Positions 6,804 through 17,937 of a stretch of DNA of 49,116 nucleotides are shown piece after piece. The position numbers and the translations under genes are program-made. The DNA comes from an uncultured Clostridia bacterium (lineage in GTDB: Bacteria > Bacillota > Clostridia > Oscillospirales > Ruminococcaceae): contig CALXEN010000030.1 in NCBI GenBank assembly GCA_944387325.1, positions 1-49,116 on the forward strand, read 5' to 3'. The first letter of the stretch is position 1, and every line of letters starts with the position of its first letter. Below the pieces are notes generated by a model. It had not been told where the DNA came from, did no database searches, and saw only the letters and a program-made list of their open reading frames with translations.

Positions 6804-8459
6804 TCAGGTCTGCTCGAAAACCTTGAGGATGGCAGGGATCAGCTGCTTTTTCCGGCTGACCACCCCGGGCAGGATCGCCAGGTCTCCCTTCCACTCCACC
6901 TGTCCGAAGGCCTCCTCCACCACCTCCCGGGCGCCGGCACCGGCCATCATCAGATAGGTGGTGGTATCACGCACACTGGTGAACATATAGAAGAGGAGAG
7001 GGACATTCTGCTTCTGCATGGCGATGGGGAGATAGCTCCGGAGAAGGTCCTGGGCAGCCTCCCGGTTTTTCTGGGTCATGTAGCTGCCCTGACCCACTCC
7101 GAACCGGTTTTCTCCGCTGGTGAAGATTTTGAAATCCTGCAGGAACACTTCCTCTGGGGATTTTCCTTCCAGGTCTCCCCCGGCTTCAAACATCTGCTGG
7201 GCGTACTCCTCCATATCCACCCCGGCGATGGTGGCCAGAGCGGTGGCAGCCTGCTCGTCCTGGGGAGTGCAGGTGGGGCTGCGGAACATGAGGGTATCGC
7301 TGAGAATGGCGGACAGCATGACCCCGGCAATCTCTCTTGGGATCTCCACCATATTCTCCAGGAACATCTGGAAGATGATGGTGCAGGTGCAGCCTACCGG
7401 CATATTCCGGAAAAAGACGGGGCCGGTGGTTTCCAGGCTGCCCAGCCGGTGGTGGTCGATGATCTCCAGGATATCCGCCCGGTCATACCCTTCCACCGCC
7501 TGGGTCCGCTCGTTGTGGTCCACCAGGATCAGCTGTTTGGGATGGAGATTCAGCAAATTCCGGCGGCTGATGACCCCGCAGTACTTTCCCTCACTGTCCA
7601 GAATGGGGAAATACCGGTGCCGCACCTGGGCCATGATCTTCCGGGCGTTTTCCACCGGGGTGTTGACGCTGAAGGTAAGGAGGTTCTGGGTGGTCATGTA
7701 GTGCCGGACCGGAGCCGCCTGGCTGATGAGACGGCTGGCCTCGTAGGTGTCGTAGGGGGTGCGGATAATGGCCACGTTCCGCTCCTCCGCCAGCCGCAGG
7801 ATGGTCTGGGGCACCTGGGCGTTCATGCAGATGACCAGGATGGAGGCCCCCAGCTCGATGGCGCAGAACTGGCTCTCGTACCGGTTGGACAGCAGTACAA
7901 TGTCTCCCGGCTTCACCAGCCCCTCCATGCTCTCGGGGGTGCCGGCATTGGCATGGAGCCGTCCGGTCTCCACCCGGCCGTTTTCATCCCCCACCACCAG
8001 GGTCCCGTCCAGGGTGGCTACCAGATTTTTGTAGCTGGTCCTGGCCTGGGCCAGGGTGGCACGGTCAAAGTTCCCCATGTTGGCGGTGGCGGTGTCCGTG
8101 ATGGTGGTGGCGCCGCTCAGTGCCCGGACCTTGGCCGTGATGACCAGGGTGTCGATGACCCGGTCCCTCAGGATGCTCCAGGCATCCTTCAGGCTGGTCT
8201 CCTCGTCAATGGGTTCCTCCACCCGGATGTCGATGTCCTCCACCTGAGGGCTCACGTCGGTGACCAGCCGGGGGGCCGGCACGCCGAAATGGTTGAGGGC
8301 AAACTCGGTCTCTCGGTTGATCTCCCCGGCCCGGCAAGCCACACATTCCATCTCGCTGGCAGCGGTTTTCAGGTAAGCATAGCTGATGGCGGCACAGATG
8401 GAATCGGTGTCCGGATTCCGGTGTCCCATCACATATATCTTTTTGTTGGTGGGTTCCAT
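6804..8459 (-). CDS. ppaC: CBS-domain family II (DHH) inorganic pyrophosphatase
   Basis: 551 aa. DHH motifs HRNPDTDS, LVDHNE and IIDHHRLG, with an inserted regulatory (CBS/DRTGG-type) region between the DHH and DHHA2 parts. Confidence 0.88.
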   Translation of the reverse strand: MEPTNKKIYVMGHRNPDTDSICAAISYAYLKTAASEMECVACRAGEINRETEFALNHFGVPAPRLVTDVSPQVEDIDIRVEEPIDEETSLKDAWSILRDRVIDTLVITAKVRALSGATTITDTATANMGNFDRATLAQARTSYKNLVATLDGTLVVGDENGRVETGRLHANAGTPESMEGLVKPGDIVLLSNRYESQFCAIELGASILVICMNAQVPQTILRLAEERNVAIIRTPYDTYEASRLISQAAPVRHYMTTQNLLTFSVNTPVENARKIMAQVRHRYFPILDSEGKYCGVISRRNLLNLHPKQLILVDHNERTQAVEGYDRADILEIIDHHRLGSLETTGPVFFRNMPVGCTCTIIFQMFLENMVEIPREIAGVMLSAILSDTLMFRSPTCTPQDEQAATALATIAGVDMEEYAQQMFEAGGDLEGKSPEEVFLQDFKIFTSGENRFGVGQGSYMTQKNREAAQDLLRSYLPIAMQKQNVPLLFYMFTSVRDTTTYLMMAGAGAREVVEEAFGQVEWKGDLAILPGVVSRKKQLIPAILKVFEQT

Positions 8460-8624
8460 AATTTCTCTCCTGTCTGATCCTGGTAAAGCCGGATCCCGCT
8501 CTTCTTCCTGTGTGATGTGTTTATTATAGTCCTTTTAGGTAGCCCCCGCAAGAATAATTCCTTCTTTGACTTTCCATTTTCAGTGTGCAAAGCGACGAAA
8601 TTTCAAAAAAATGTTTGTGTATTC

Positions 8625-8653
8625 TTGACAAATACATTTCCTTCAATTACACT
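8625..8653 (+). promoter_or_regulatory. promoter of typA
   Basis: TTGACA (8625-8630), 17-nt spacer, TACACT (8648-8653). Confidence 0.5.
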
Positions 8654-8725
8654 ATGATATGTATGCGTGGAAATGGACCTATAATTTCCTATGGAATATG
8701 AATCATACAGATAAGGATGAATCGT

Positions 8726-10546
<1,821 letters not shown>

Positions 10547-10552
10547 TTTTCC

Positions 10553-10590
10553 AAGACCCGGTCCAGTGGACCGGGTCTTTTCCTTGTTTT
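10553..10590 (+). terminator. intrinsic terminator after typA
   Basis: AAGACCCGGTCCA/TGGACCGGGTCTT stem followed by TTCCTTGTTTT. Confidence 0.8.
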
Positions 10591-10671
10591 CCCCCTTGTG
10601 CGGGAGTGGAAAACCAGGTACAATGGTATCAGGAAACGGCTGTCAACAAGGCAGAAAGGATGTTTTGAACC

Positions 10672-11898
10672 ATGGGATACAACATTGTGGTAGGACAGAG
10701 CGGCGGCCCCACCGCCGTCATCAACTCCAGTCTGGCGGGGGTCTATGAAACCGCCAAAAAGCTGGGAGTGGAAAAAGTATATGGAATGAAGTTCGGCATC
10801 GAAGGGTTTCTCCAGGATATGCTGGTGGATCTGGATTCCCTTCTGAAAGGGGACATGAGCATCGAATTGCTGAAGCGGACCCCCTCCAGCTATCTGGGAT
10901 CCTGCCGGTACAAGCTGCCCGAATCCGAGCAGGATGAGGAGGTCTACCGGACCATCTTTGCCATACTGAAGAAGTACGAGATCCAGGCCATGTTCTATAT
11001 CGGCGGGAACGACAGCATGGATACCATTGCCAAGCTGTCCCGGTACGCCCAGACCCTGAACAGTCCCATACGGTTCATTGGGGTGCCCAAAACCATTGAC
11101 AACGACCTGATGCTCACCGACCACACCCCCGGCTACGGCAGCGCTGCCAAGTACATCGCCACCATCCTCAAGGAGATGATCTGCGACTCCACCGTATACA
11201 ACATCCGGAGTGTGACGGTGGCCGAGATTATGGGCCGCCACGCAGGCTGGCTGGCGGGAGCTGCCAGTCTGGCCGCCGGGGATGACGGAGAGGGGCCTGA
11301 CATCATTCTTCTGCCGGAAGTTCCCTTTGACCCGGAGGTATTCCTGAAACGGGTGGATGATCTTCAACGGTCCAAATCCAACGTGATCATTGCCGCCAGC
11401 GAGGGGGTAAAGACCCGGGAAGGCACCTACCTCTGCGACCTGGTGAGCACTGCCGGCCAGCTGGACGCCTTCGGCCACAAGGCCATCCTCAGCGGCACCA
11501 GCCGGTACCTGAGCGACCTCATTGGTAAAAACCTGGGCTGCAAGAGCCGGGCTATCGAGTTCAGCACCCTGCAGCGGTGTGCCAGTCATCTGGCCAGCCG
11601 AAACGACATTACCGAGGCGTACATGGTGGGCGGCGCCGCTGTGAAAGCCGCTCTGGAAGGTCAGACCGGAAAGATGAGCGCTCTGAAGCGGCTCCACAAT
11701 CATCCCTACCTCTGCGTCAGCGAAATGGTGGACGTACAGGCGGTGGCCAACCTGGAAAAGAAGGTCCCGCTGGAGTGGATCACCCCCGACGGCACCCATG
11801 TAACCAAGGAATTCCTCCACTACGCCCGCCCCCTGATCCAGGGAGAATTGAGTCCCATGTTTGTCAACGGTGTTCCTCTTCATATGCATCTGGACTGA
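10672..11898 (+). CDS. pfp: phosphofructokinase, PPi-dependent type by sequence determinants (copy 1)
   Basis: 408 aa. N-terminus GQSGGPTAVINSS, then IGGNDSMDT (Asp at the position equivalent to E. coli Gly104) and GVPKTIDNDL (Lys at position 124). Confidence 0.88.
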   Translation: MGYNIVVGQSGGPTAVINSSLAGVYETAKKLGVEKVYGMKFGIEGFLQDMLVDLDSLLKGDMSIELLKRTPSSYLGSCRYKLPESEQDEEVYRTIFAILKKYEIQAMFYIGGNDSMDTIAKLSRYAQTLNSPIRFIGVPKTIDNDLMLTDHTPGYGSAAKYIATILKEMICDSTVYNIRSVTVAEIMGRHAGWLAGAASLAAGDDGEGPDIILLPEVPFDPEVFLKRVDDLQRSKSNVIIAASEGVKTREGTYLCDLVSTAGQLDAFGHKAILSGTSRYLSDLIGKNLGCKSRAIEFSTLQRCASHLASRNDITEAYMVGGAAVKAALEGQTGKMSALKRLHNHPYLCVSEMVDVQAVANLEKKVPLEWITPDGTHVTKEFLHYARPLIQGELSPMFVNGVPLHMHLD

Positions 11899-11913
11899 GC
11901 AGTGATTTTTTAT

Positions 11914-11953
11914 ACCGCAATATTTACAATGTTCTTGTTGTGTATATTGCGGT
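11914..11953 (+). repeat. perfect 10-bp inverted repeat with a 20-nt loop, downstream of pfp copy 1
   Basis: ACCGCAATAT (11914-11923) and ATATTGCGGT (11944-11953). It precedes the true terminator. Confidence 0.6.
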
Positions 11954-11970
11954 TTCGGTTTCACCATGCG

Positions 11971-12006
11971 GAACAAGCCTCTCCTCTGGGAGGCTTGTTC
12001 TTTTTT
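11971..12006 (+). terminator. strong intrinsic terminator after pfp copy 1
   Basis: GAACAAGCCTC-TCCTCTGG-GAGGCTTGTTC (11-bp perfect stem) followed by TTTTTT. Confidence 0.88.
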
Positions 12007-12151
12007 GATATTCCGCATTGTGGAACTTTCCAGCAATCTGCTCAATGAGCAAGGGCCGCAATTGGAAAATTAAACGAAGACTGGTAGAATAAAGTCGTTC
12101 AGAAAAAAGGGTAAGCCTCCCTCGGAGGCATGGTTGGAAAGGGGAACATTT

Positions 12152-13375
12152 ATGGGCAAAAACGCAATCGTGGGCCAGTCCGGCGGACCCACCTCGGTGA
12201 TCAACGCAAGCCTGGCCGGGGTTTTCCAGAGCTGTCAAGCCCGGGGCGCCCAGGTGGTTTACGGAATGTGCAACGGAGTGGCCGGCCTGCTGGAAAAGCG
12301 GGTGGTAGATCTCTCCAGCCAGCTGAAGGACCATATGGATGTGGAGCTGCTCAAGCGGACCCCTTCCAGCTTCCTGGGATCCTGCCGGTACAAACTGCCC
12401 CCCATTGAGGAAGGGCGGGAGGTCTACGAGAAGCTCTTTGACATTCTGAAAGAGCTGGACATCGGCTACTTCTTCTACATTGGCGGCAATGACAGTATGG
12501 ACACCATCGGAAAGCTGGCCGACTACGGCAAGCTGGTGGGGAGCGACATCCGGTTCATGGGGGTGCCCAAGACCATCGACAACGACCTGATGATCACCGA
12601 CCACACCCCCGGCTACGGCAGCGCTGCCAAGTACATTGGGGTGGTCATGAAAGAGATCATCCGGGACGCCACCGTCTACGGCACCAACTATGTGACCATT
12701 GTGGAGATCATGGGCCGGAATGCCGGCTGGCTCACCGCCGCCGCTGCCCTGGCCCGGGCCGAGGACTGCGAGGGGGTGGACATGATCTGCCTGCCCGAGA
12801 TTCCCTTCAACGTGGACCGGTTCGTGGAGAAGGTGGCCGCCATGCAGGCCAAAAAGCCCAGCATCGTTATCGCCGTCTCCGAGGGGGTCAAGCTGGAGGA
12901 CGGCCGGTATGTCTGCGAGCTGGCGGATGACGTCCATGCGGTGGACGCCTTCGGTCACAAGGCCCTCACCGGCACCGCCCGGTTCCTGGCCAACACCTGC
13001 GCCCGCCGTCTGAACACCAAGACCCGGTGCATCGAGCTCTCCACCCTGCAGCGGTGTGCCGGACACCTCACCAGCCGCACCGACATTACCGAAGCCTACC
13101 AGGTGGGCGGCGCCGCTGCCAAGGCCGCTTTTGAGGGGCATACCGGGGAGATGGTAGCCATCAAGCGGGTCTCCAACGCCCCCTACCAGAGCACCACCGA
13201 ACTCCATCCCATCAGCGAGGTGGCCAACCTGGAGAAGAAGGTCCCCCTGGAATGGATCAACGACACTCACACCGATATGCTTCCGGCGTTCCTGGAATAC
13301 GCCCGGCCCCTGATCCAGGCCGAACTGACCCCCATTTATGTGGACGGTCTCCCCTGCCACATCTGTATGAACTGA
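12152..13375 (+). CDS. pfp: phosphofructokinase, PPi-dependent type by sequence determinants (copy 2, tandem paralog)
   Basis: 407 aa from ATG 12152 (RBS GGGGA 6 nt upstream; the track start 12134 is a TTG). Motifs GQSGGPTSVINAS, IGGNDSMDT and GVPKTIDNDL. Collinear with copy 1. Confidence 0.88.
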   Translation: MGKNAIVGQSGGPTSVINASLAGVFQSCQARGAQVVYGMCNGVAGLLEKRVVDLSSQLKDHMDVELLKRTPSSFLGSCRYKLPPIEEGREVYEKLFDILKELDIGYFFYIGGNDSMDTIGKLADYGKLVGSDIRFMGVPKTIDNDLMITDHTPGYGSAAKYIGVVMKEIIRDATVYGTNYVTIVEIMGRNAGWLTAAAALARAEDCEGVDMICLPEIPFNVDRFVEKVAAMQAKKPSIVIAVSEGVKLEDGRYVCELADDVHAVDAFGHKALTGTARFLANTCARRLNTKTRCIELSTLQRCAGHLTSRTDITEAYQVGGAAAKAAFEGHTGEMVAIKRVSNAPYQSTTELHPISEVANLEKKVPLEWINDTHTDMLPAFLEYARPLIQAELTPIYVDGLPCHICMN

Positions 13376-13450
13376 GGCAGGCTTACCAAACCAACCCCCA
13401 AGGTGTATTGTGTATTCGATATGCTTTGATCTCTCCTGTGTAAAAGGGAA

Positions 13451-13492
13451 AAGACCCACACCAAATGGTGCGGGTCTTTTCTCGTTTATTTT
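13451..13492. terminator. bidirectional terminator between pfp copy 2 and the convergent 980-aa gene
   Basis: AAGACCCACACC-AAAT-GGTGCGGGTCTT followed by TTCTCGTTTATTTT. Confidence 0.75.
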
Positions 13493-13497
13493 AGGAT

Positions 13498-16440
13498 TCA
13501 GAAATACCAGCTGGGGAAAAGGCGAAGGTGCTCCACCCAGCTCTGGGCCACCGGCAGCCCGGAAAGGACCGGGAAATAGAGGACGAAGAGGAGGGCGGCG
13601 ACCCCCGTCAGCCCTATCATCCAGCCCCGGGCCAGCCGGGGACGGAGAGCCGAGAGCCGGCCCACCCAGACCGTCAGGGCCAGGAGGGCAAAGAGGGCAC
13701 TGGCCCAGTAATGATAGAGGAAGGTGCACCGGGTAACCAACACCCAGGGCAGTAGCTGGGAGAGGAAAAAGATCACCACCAACCGGGTCTTGGACGTCAT
13801 CCCCTCCCGGATGGCGTGGGCTCCCAGGGCCAGAAGAGCGGCCAGGCCGCCCCAGGCCAGCACCGGACTGTAAAAGCCTGCTATGCTCCCCCACTGTCCG
13901 GCTTCCAGGTTTCCGTTCAGGTAGTACCAGACAGGGCGCAGGTCAAAGAACCAGGTGTACCAGGGGCTCTCGTAGGGATGGGTGGCAGTGAGCTGGCTGT
14001 GGTACCGGAACATCCCCACCTGGGTATTCCACCAGTCGGTGAGAGTAAATCCGTTCTCTCCCCAGGCGTAGGGCAGATAGCTGGCCAGGTAGATGGCCAG
14101 GGGGACCACCACAAAGCAGACCGTTCCCCCAAAAACGGCCAGGGCAGCCTCCCGGCGGAAGGTGGCGGGTTTCTGGAGGTACCGCTCCCAGAGGGTCCAG
14201 AAGTAGACTACCGCCAGCCCGGCCCCGGCATAGATCCCGGTCCACTTGCTGGCGCAGCCCAGGCCGAAGGCGATCCCCCCCAGCACCATGGGCAGAACGG
14301 CCCGATGGACCCCCGCCTCCAGCACCCGGTCCCGGTACCAGAGCATACACCCTGCTCCCAGCAGGATGAAGAAGGCGGGATAGGTGTCGATGGTGGCCAT
14401 CCGGCTCTGGGTATACCGCATGAAATCCAGCCCCAGGAGCAGGGCCCCGAAGAAGGAAGCCTCCCGGCTGCGGGTGAGCCGCCGGGCCACCCAGTAGAAG
14501 AGGGGGACCAGCAGCACCCCGAAAAGGGCCCCGAAGAACCGCCAGCCAAAACCGGTCATTCCGAAAAGGGCGATGCCCAGCATGATGAAGTCCTTCCCCA
14601 GGGGTGGATGAGTGGTCTCGTAGATGGACATCCCCTTAAGTTCCTCGTATCCGGTGCGGGCGTGGTAGATCTCGTCAAAATAAAAGCTGTTCAGCTGGCT
14701 GATGGAATCCGGCACCAGGGACTGCTCGTCCAGAAGGGCGGTATCCTGGTCCGCCGTCACCGCCAGCAGGTTCCCTTCCCCGTCCCGGAAGGCCACCTCC
14801 ATCACCCGGGCATTTTCCAAAAGGAGGCTGTATTGGCTTTCTCCCGAGAGGGTGTACCGCTGCCAGGTAAAGCACTGGCCCTGGTCCAGCTCCGCCTCCA
14901 GAACGGCCTGGCCCTGGCTGTCCAGGATCCAAAGGGTCCCGCCCTGGGAGGTCTGGATCTGGGGATAGACCCACAGCTCCTGGGCCTCTCCCTCCAGGGT
15001 AAGGTCCAGCCACAGGGTGGTCTGGCCCACCCGGTCCTCCACCGTCTGGGGCGCACTGGTGTCTCCCAGGTAGGTGAAGCCCAGGATCCCCACCCCCAGG
15101 GTGAGAACTCCCAGGGCCAGCAGCTCCTTCCGGGTCCAGGGCGGCATTTTCTCCCCCAATTCGGGGCGCTTTTCCTTCAGGGGACGGCGTTTTCCCTCCA
15201 GAACCAGGCAAAGAGCGATCCAGAGCAAAACACCCCAGAGGAGGGTCACTCCCAGGCCGCAGAGCCGGACCATGGTCTGGGAGAGAGCACTGGACATCCA
15301 CTCATCTTCCGTTCCCACCAGGGTGTAGACCACCGCCAGATTCAGGCAGCCAAAAAAGGACAGGCCCGCTCCGCAGGCGGCCAGCCGCCAGTCCTTGCTG
15401 CGGGCGGCAGCCAGAAAGACAAAGATGATCCCCACCAGGAGGTACCGTTCATGCATCCGGTGGCCGAAGGTAAAGATTCCCACCAGATAAACCGCCGCCA
15501 GCAAGACCGGGCTGAACCGCCTGTTCCGATAACTCTGCCAGGCCAGCCAGCAGAGCCCCAGAGTGAGGAGCAGGATGGCCCCGGTTCCCCACTGCTGCCA
15601 GGTAAAGCAGAGGAAGTTCTCCTCCTGGGGCCTCCAGTTTCCCCCCAGAGCGGCAATGAAGTTGAATCCGTTCACACTTGCGTAGGGGTAGCTGGTGATG
15701 GTACCGAAGTACTGTTCCCAGGTTTTGGAGAGGACCTGTGTGCCAAAAAAGGGCAGTCCACAGGCCAGCACCACCCCTACTGCCAGGGCGGCGCCTCCCA
15801 AAAGATTCTTCAGCCCCCGGGCCAGATCCTCCCGGAGGGGAAACAGGAAAGCCAGCGCCAGCACCGGGCCCGCCAGAAGAGCCTGGGGCTTTAGGGCCAG
15901 GGCCAGGCCGTAAAGAGCAGCGGCCGGCAGGTACCGGCGCCGCTCCAAAAGGGCAAAGGCGGCTCCCAAGGTCAGGATCATGATGCTGTCCACCTGCTTC
16001 CAGACGGCGGTACTGTAAACCAGTGCCGGGTTGAAAGCCACCAGGGCAGCCAGCCGCAAAGCCAGGGCAGGGGCCATGATCCGCCTGGCCTCCCGCCAGA
16101 CCAGCCAGGCCAGGCCGCAGACGGCCAGGGCGGGGAGCAGTCCCAGAGCCAGGAAACTCAAAGGGGTGTTATACTCCAGCCGGAACAGCCCGATGAGGAC
16201 AGCCGCCGGGTAAAAGGCCAGGATCCCGCCGGGAGGATAGTCGGAAAAGTTCTCAATATAGAAGTTCCCCGGCCCCTCCTGGAGCAGCCGGGTGACCCAA
16301 CTGTAAAAGCTGCCCATATCATAGGGGTAGCTCTCTGTCACCATCTGCAATCCCATCTGTAAGAGAAAAGCCCCCGCCAGTATCATCGCCAGCGAGGTCT
16401 TTTCCTTCCTTTGAGATTGGTTCAGCATCCGCCCCGCCAT
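13498..16440 (-). CDS. 980-aa polytopic membrane protein: N-terminal GT-C-like domain fused to a C-terminal PMT (GT39)-like domain
   Basis: N-terminal half is multi-TM with SDYPPGG, LKPQALL and GHRMHERYL. A soluble stretch of about 140 aa follows. C-terminal half has FYFDEIYHA and THPPLGKD (PMT hallmark DE and HPPLxK motifs) plus further TM helices. Confidence 0.85.
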   Translation of the reverse strand: MAGRMLNQSQRKEKTSLAMILAGAFLLQMGLQMVTESYPYDMGSFYSWVTRLLQEGPGNFYIENFSDYPPGGILAFYPAAVLIGLFRLEYNTPLSFLALGLLPALAVCGLAWLVWREARRIMAPALALRLAALVAFNPALVYSTAVWKQVDSIMILTLGAAFALLERRRYLPAAALYGLALALKPQALLAGPVLALAFLFPLREDLARGLKNLLGGAALAVGVVLACGLPFFGTQVLSKTWEQYFGTITSYPYASVNGFNFIAALGGNWRPQEENFLCFTWQQWGTGAILLLTLGLCWLAWQSYRNRRFSPVLLAAVYLVGIFTFGHRMHERYLLVGIIFVFLAAARSKDWRLAACGAGLSFFGCLNLAVVYTLVGTEDEWMSSALSQTMVRLCGLGVTLLWGVLLWIALCLVLEGKRRPLKEKRPELGEKMPPWTRKELLALGVLTLGVGILGFTYLGDTSAPQTVEDRVGQTTLWLDLTLEGEAQELWVYPQIQTSQGGTLWILDSQGQAVLEAELDQGQCFTWQRYTLSGESQYSLLLENARVMEVAFRDGEGNLLAVTADQDTALLDEQSLVPDSISQLNSFYFDEIYHARTGYEELKGMSIYETTHPPLGKDFIMLGIALFGMTGFGWRFFGALFGVLLVPLFYWVARRLTRSREASFFGALLLGLDFMRYTQSRMATIDTYPAFFILLGAGCMLWYRDRVLEAGVHRAVLPMVLGGIAFGLGCASKWTGIYAGAGLAVVYFWTLWERYLQKPATFRREAALAVFGGTVCFVVVPLAIYLASYLPYAWGENGFTLTDWWNTQVGMFRYHSQLTATHPYESPWYTWFFDLRPVWYYLNGNLEAGQWGSIAGFYSPVLAWGGLAALLALGAHAIREGMTSKTRLVVIFFLSQLLPWVLVTRCTFLYHYWASALFALLALTVWVGRLSALRPRLARGWMIGLTGVAALLFVLYFPVLSGLPVAQSWVEHLRLFPSWYF

Positions 16441-17840
16441 TACAGTCTGGCCAGCTTGGGGCCCTGGGCGGTGTCGGTGACGCTCCAGCCCAGACCGGTA
16501 AGCTGCTCCCGGATGGCGTCCGCCCGGGCCCAGTCCTTGGCCTTCTTGGCGGCGGACCGCTCATCCACCAGAGCGGTGACTTCAGCAGGGATCTCCTCTT
16601 CCTTCTTCCGGTTATAGAGAAGGCCCAGTACCCCGGTCAGCTCGTCCATGGTATGTGCGGCCTCCTCCAGAGCGGCCTTGGAGGCCTTGGAGGAAAGGGT
16701 GTTGATCTCCCGGACCAGGTCGAAGATGGCGGCCAGGGCGTCCGGGGTGTTCAGGTCGTCATCCATAGCCTTGATGAACTTCTCCCGGGCGGCGGCGCAC
16801 TTTTCTGTCAGGGTGTTCTCCCCTTCCCCGGCGGCATGGGCCAGGGCAAAGTCCAGGTTCTCCCGGCAGTTGTAAAGCCGCTCCAGGCTGTTCTTGCAGC
16901 TTTCGATCAACTCCACGGTGTAGTTCAGGGGCATACGGTACCCGGCGGTGAGCATGAAATACCGGATGGGCTCGTACCCGTACAGGTCGGCTACATCCCG
17001 GACGGTGAAGAAGTTGTGGAGGCTCTTGGACATCTTCTGGTTGTCCACGTTGATGAAACCGTTGTGCATCCAATACCGGGCAAAGGTGCATCCGTTGGCG
17101 CACTCGGACTGTGCGATCTCGTTCTCATGGTGGGGGAAGATCAGGTCCTGGCCGCCGGCGTGAAGGTCGATGGTCTTGCCCAGGTGGGTGCGGCTCATGG
17201 CGGAGCACTCAATGTGCCAGCCGGGGCGGCCCATACCGTAGGGGCTCTCCCAGGCGGGCTCCCCGGGCTTGGCGGCCTTCCAGACGGCAAAGTCGGCGGG
17301 GTCCTCCTTCAGGTCGTCCTCCATCTGGCTGCGGAGCTCCCGGTTGCCGCTTTCCAGGTCCTCCAGGTTCAGGTGGCTCAGCTTCCCGTAGCCGGGGTCG
17401 CTCTTCACCCGGAAGTACACATCCCCGTTCTTGGCCACATAGGCGTGGCCGGACTCCACCAGGTCCTTCACAATATCCAGGATCTGGGCGATGTGCTCGG
17501 TGGCCCTTGGCTGGACGGTGGGGACCTTGCAGTTGAGACCGGCAGCGTCCTTCAGGTACTCTGCCTCAAACCGCTGGGCCACCTCCTTCATGGAGGTGCC
17601 CTCCTCCTGGGCCTTGGTGATGAGCTTATCGTCGATATCGGTGATGTTGCTCACGTAGAGCACCTTGTTTCCCCGGTATTCCAGGTACCGGCGGAGGGTG
17701 TCAAAGACGATGAGGGGACGGGCGTTCCCAATATGAATATAGTTGTACACCGTGGGGCCGCAGACATAGATGCGGTATTCGCCGGGCACCTGGGGGACAA
17801 ACTCTTCCTTTTTCCGGGTAAGGGTGTTGAAAATTTCCAT
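16440..17840 (-). CDS. cysS: cysteine--tRNA ligase
   Basis: 466 aa with HIGNARP (HIGH) and KMSKS motifs. The stop overlaps the next ATG as TAATG. Confidence 0.96.
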   Translation of the reverse strand: MEIFNTLTRKKEEFVPQVPGEYRIYVCGPTVYNYIHIGNARPLIVFDTLRRYLEYRGNKVLYVSNITDIDDKLITKAQEEGTSMKEVAQRFEAEYLKDAAGLNCKVPTVQPRATEHIAQILDIVKDLVESGHAYVAKNGDVYFRVKSDPGYGKLSHLNLEDLESGNRELRSQMEDDLKEDPADFAVWKAAKPGEPAWESPYGMGRPGWHIECSAMSRTHLGKTIDLHAGGQDLIFPHHENEIAQSECANGCTFARYWMHNGFINVDNQKMSKSLHNFFTVRDVADLYGYEPIRYFMLTAGYRMPLNYTVELIESCKNSLERLYNCRENLDFALAHAAGEGENTLTEKCAAAREKFIKAMDDDLNTPDALAAIFDLVREINTLSSKASKAALEEAAHTMDELTGVLGLLYNRKKEEEIPAEVTALVDERSAAKKAKDWARADAIREQLTGLGWSVTDTAQGPKLARL

Positions 17841-17917
17841 GGTGTTCTCTCCTTAGGGCGGTCCTTTGCCGGACTGCCGCAGTATATGGTCCTATTATAG
17901 TCTATTTCCAGGCCCGG

Positions 17918-17937
17918 TGCAAGGGTCATCCCTTGCA
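17918..17937. promoter_or_regulatory. 8-bp-arm palindrome at the overlapping -35 regions of divergent cysS and asnA promoters
   Basis: TGCAAGGG-TCAT-CCCTTGCA. TTGCAA-17-CATACT reads toward asnA and TTGCAC-17-TATAAT reads toward cysS. Confidence 0.4.

Noticed and set aside
6427-6957. 176-aa ORF overlapping the small 2-TM gene and the terminator.
   Set aside because: It has no RBS and an Arg/Gly/Pro/Cys-rich composition, and it runs through a strong intrinsic terminator at 6751-6795.
11924-11943. TTACAATGTTCTTGTTGT in the loop of the hairpin after pfp copy 1 resembles the ACAAC-N5-GTTGT operator.
   Set aside because: The left arm is ACAAT and the spacing is 6, not 5. It also lies between a stop codon and a terminator, not at a promoter. 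It is probably coincidental.
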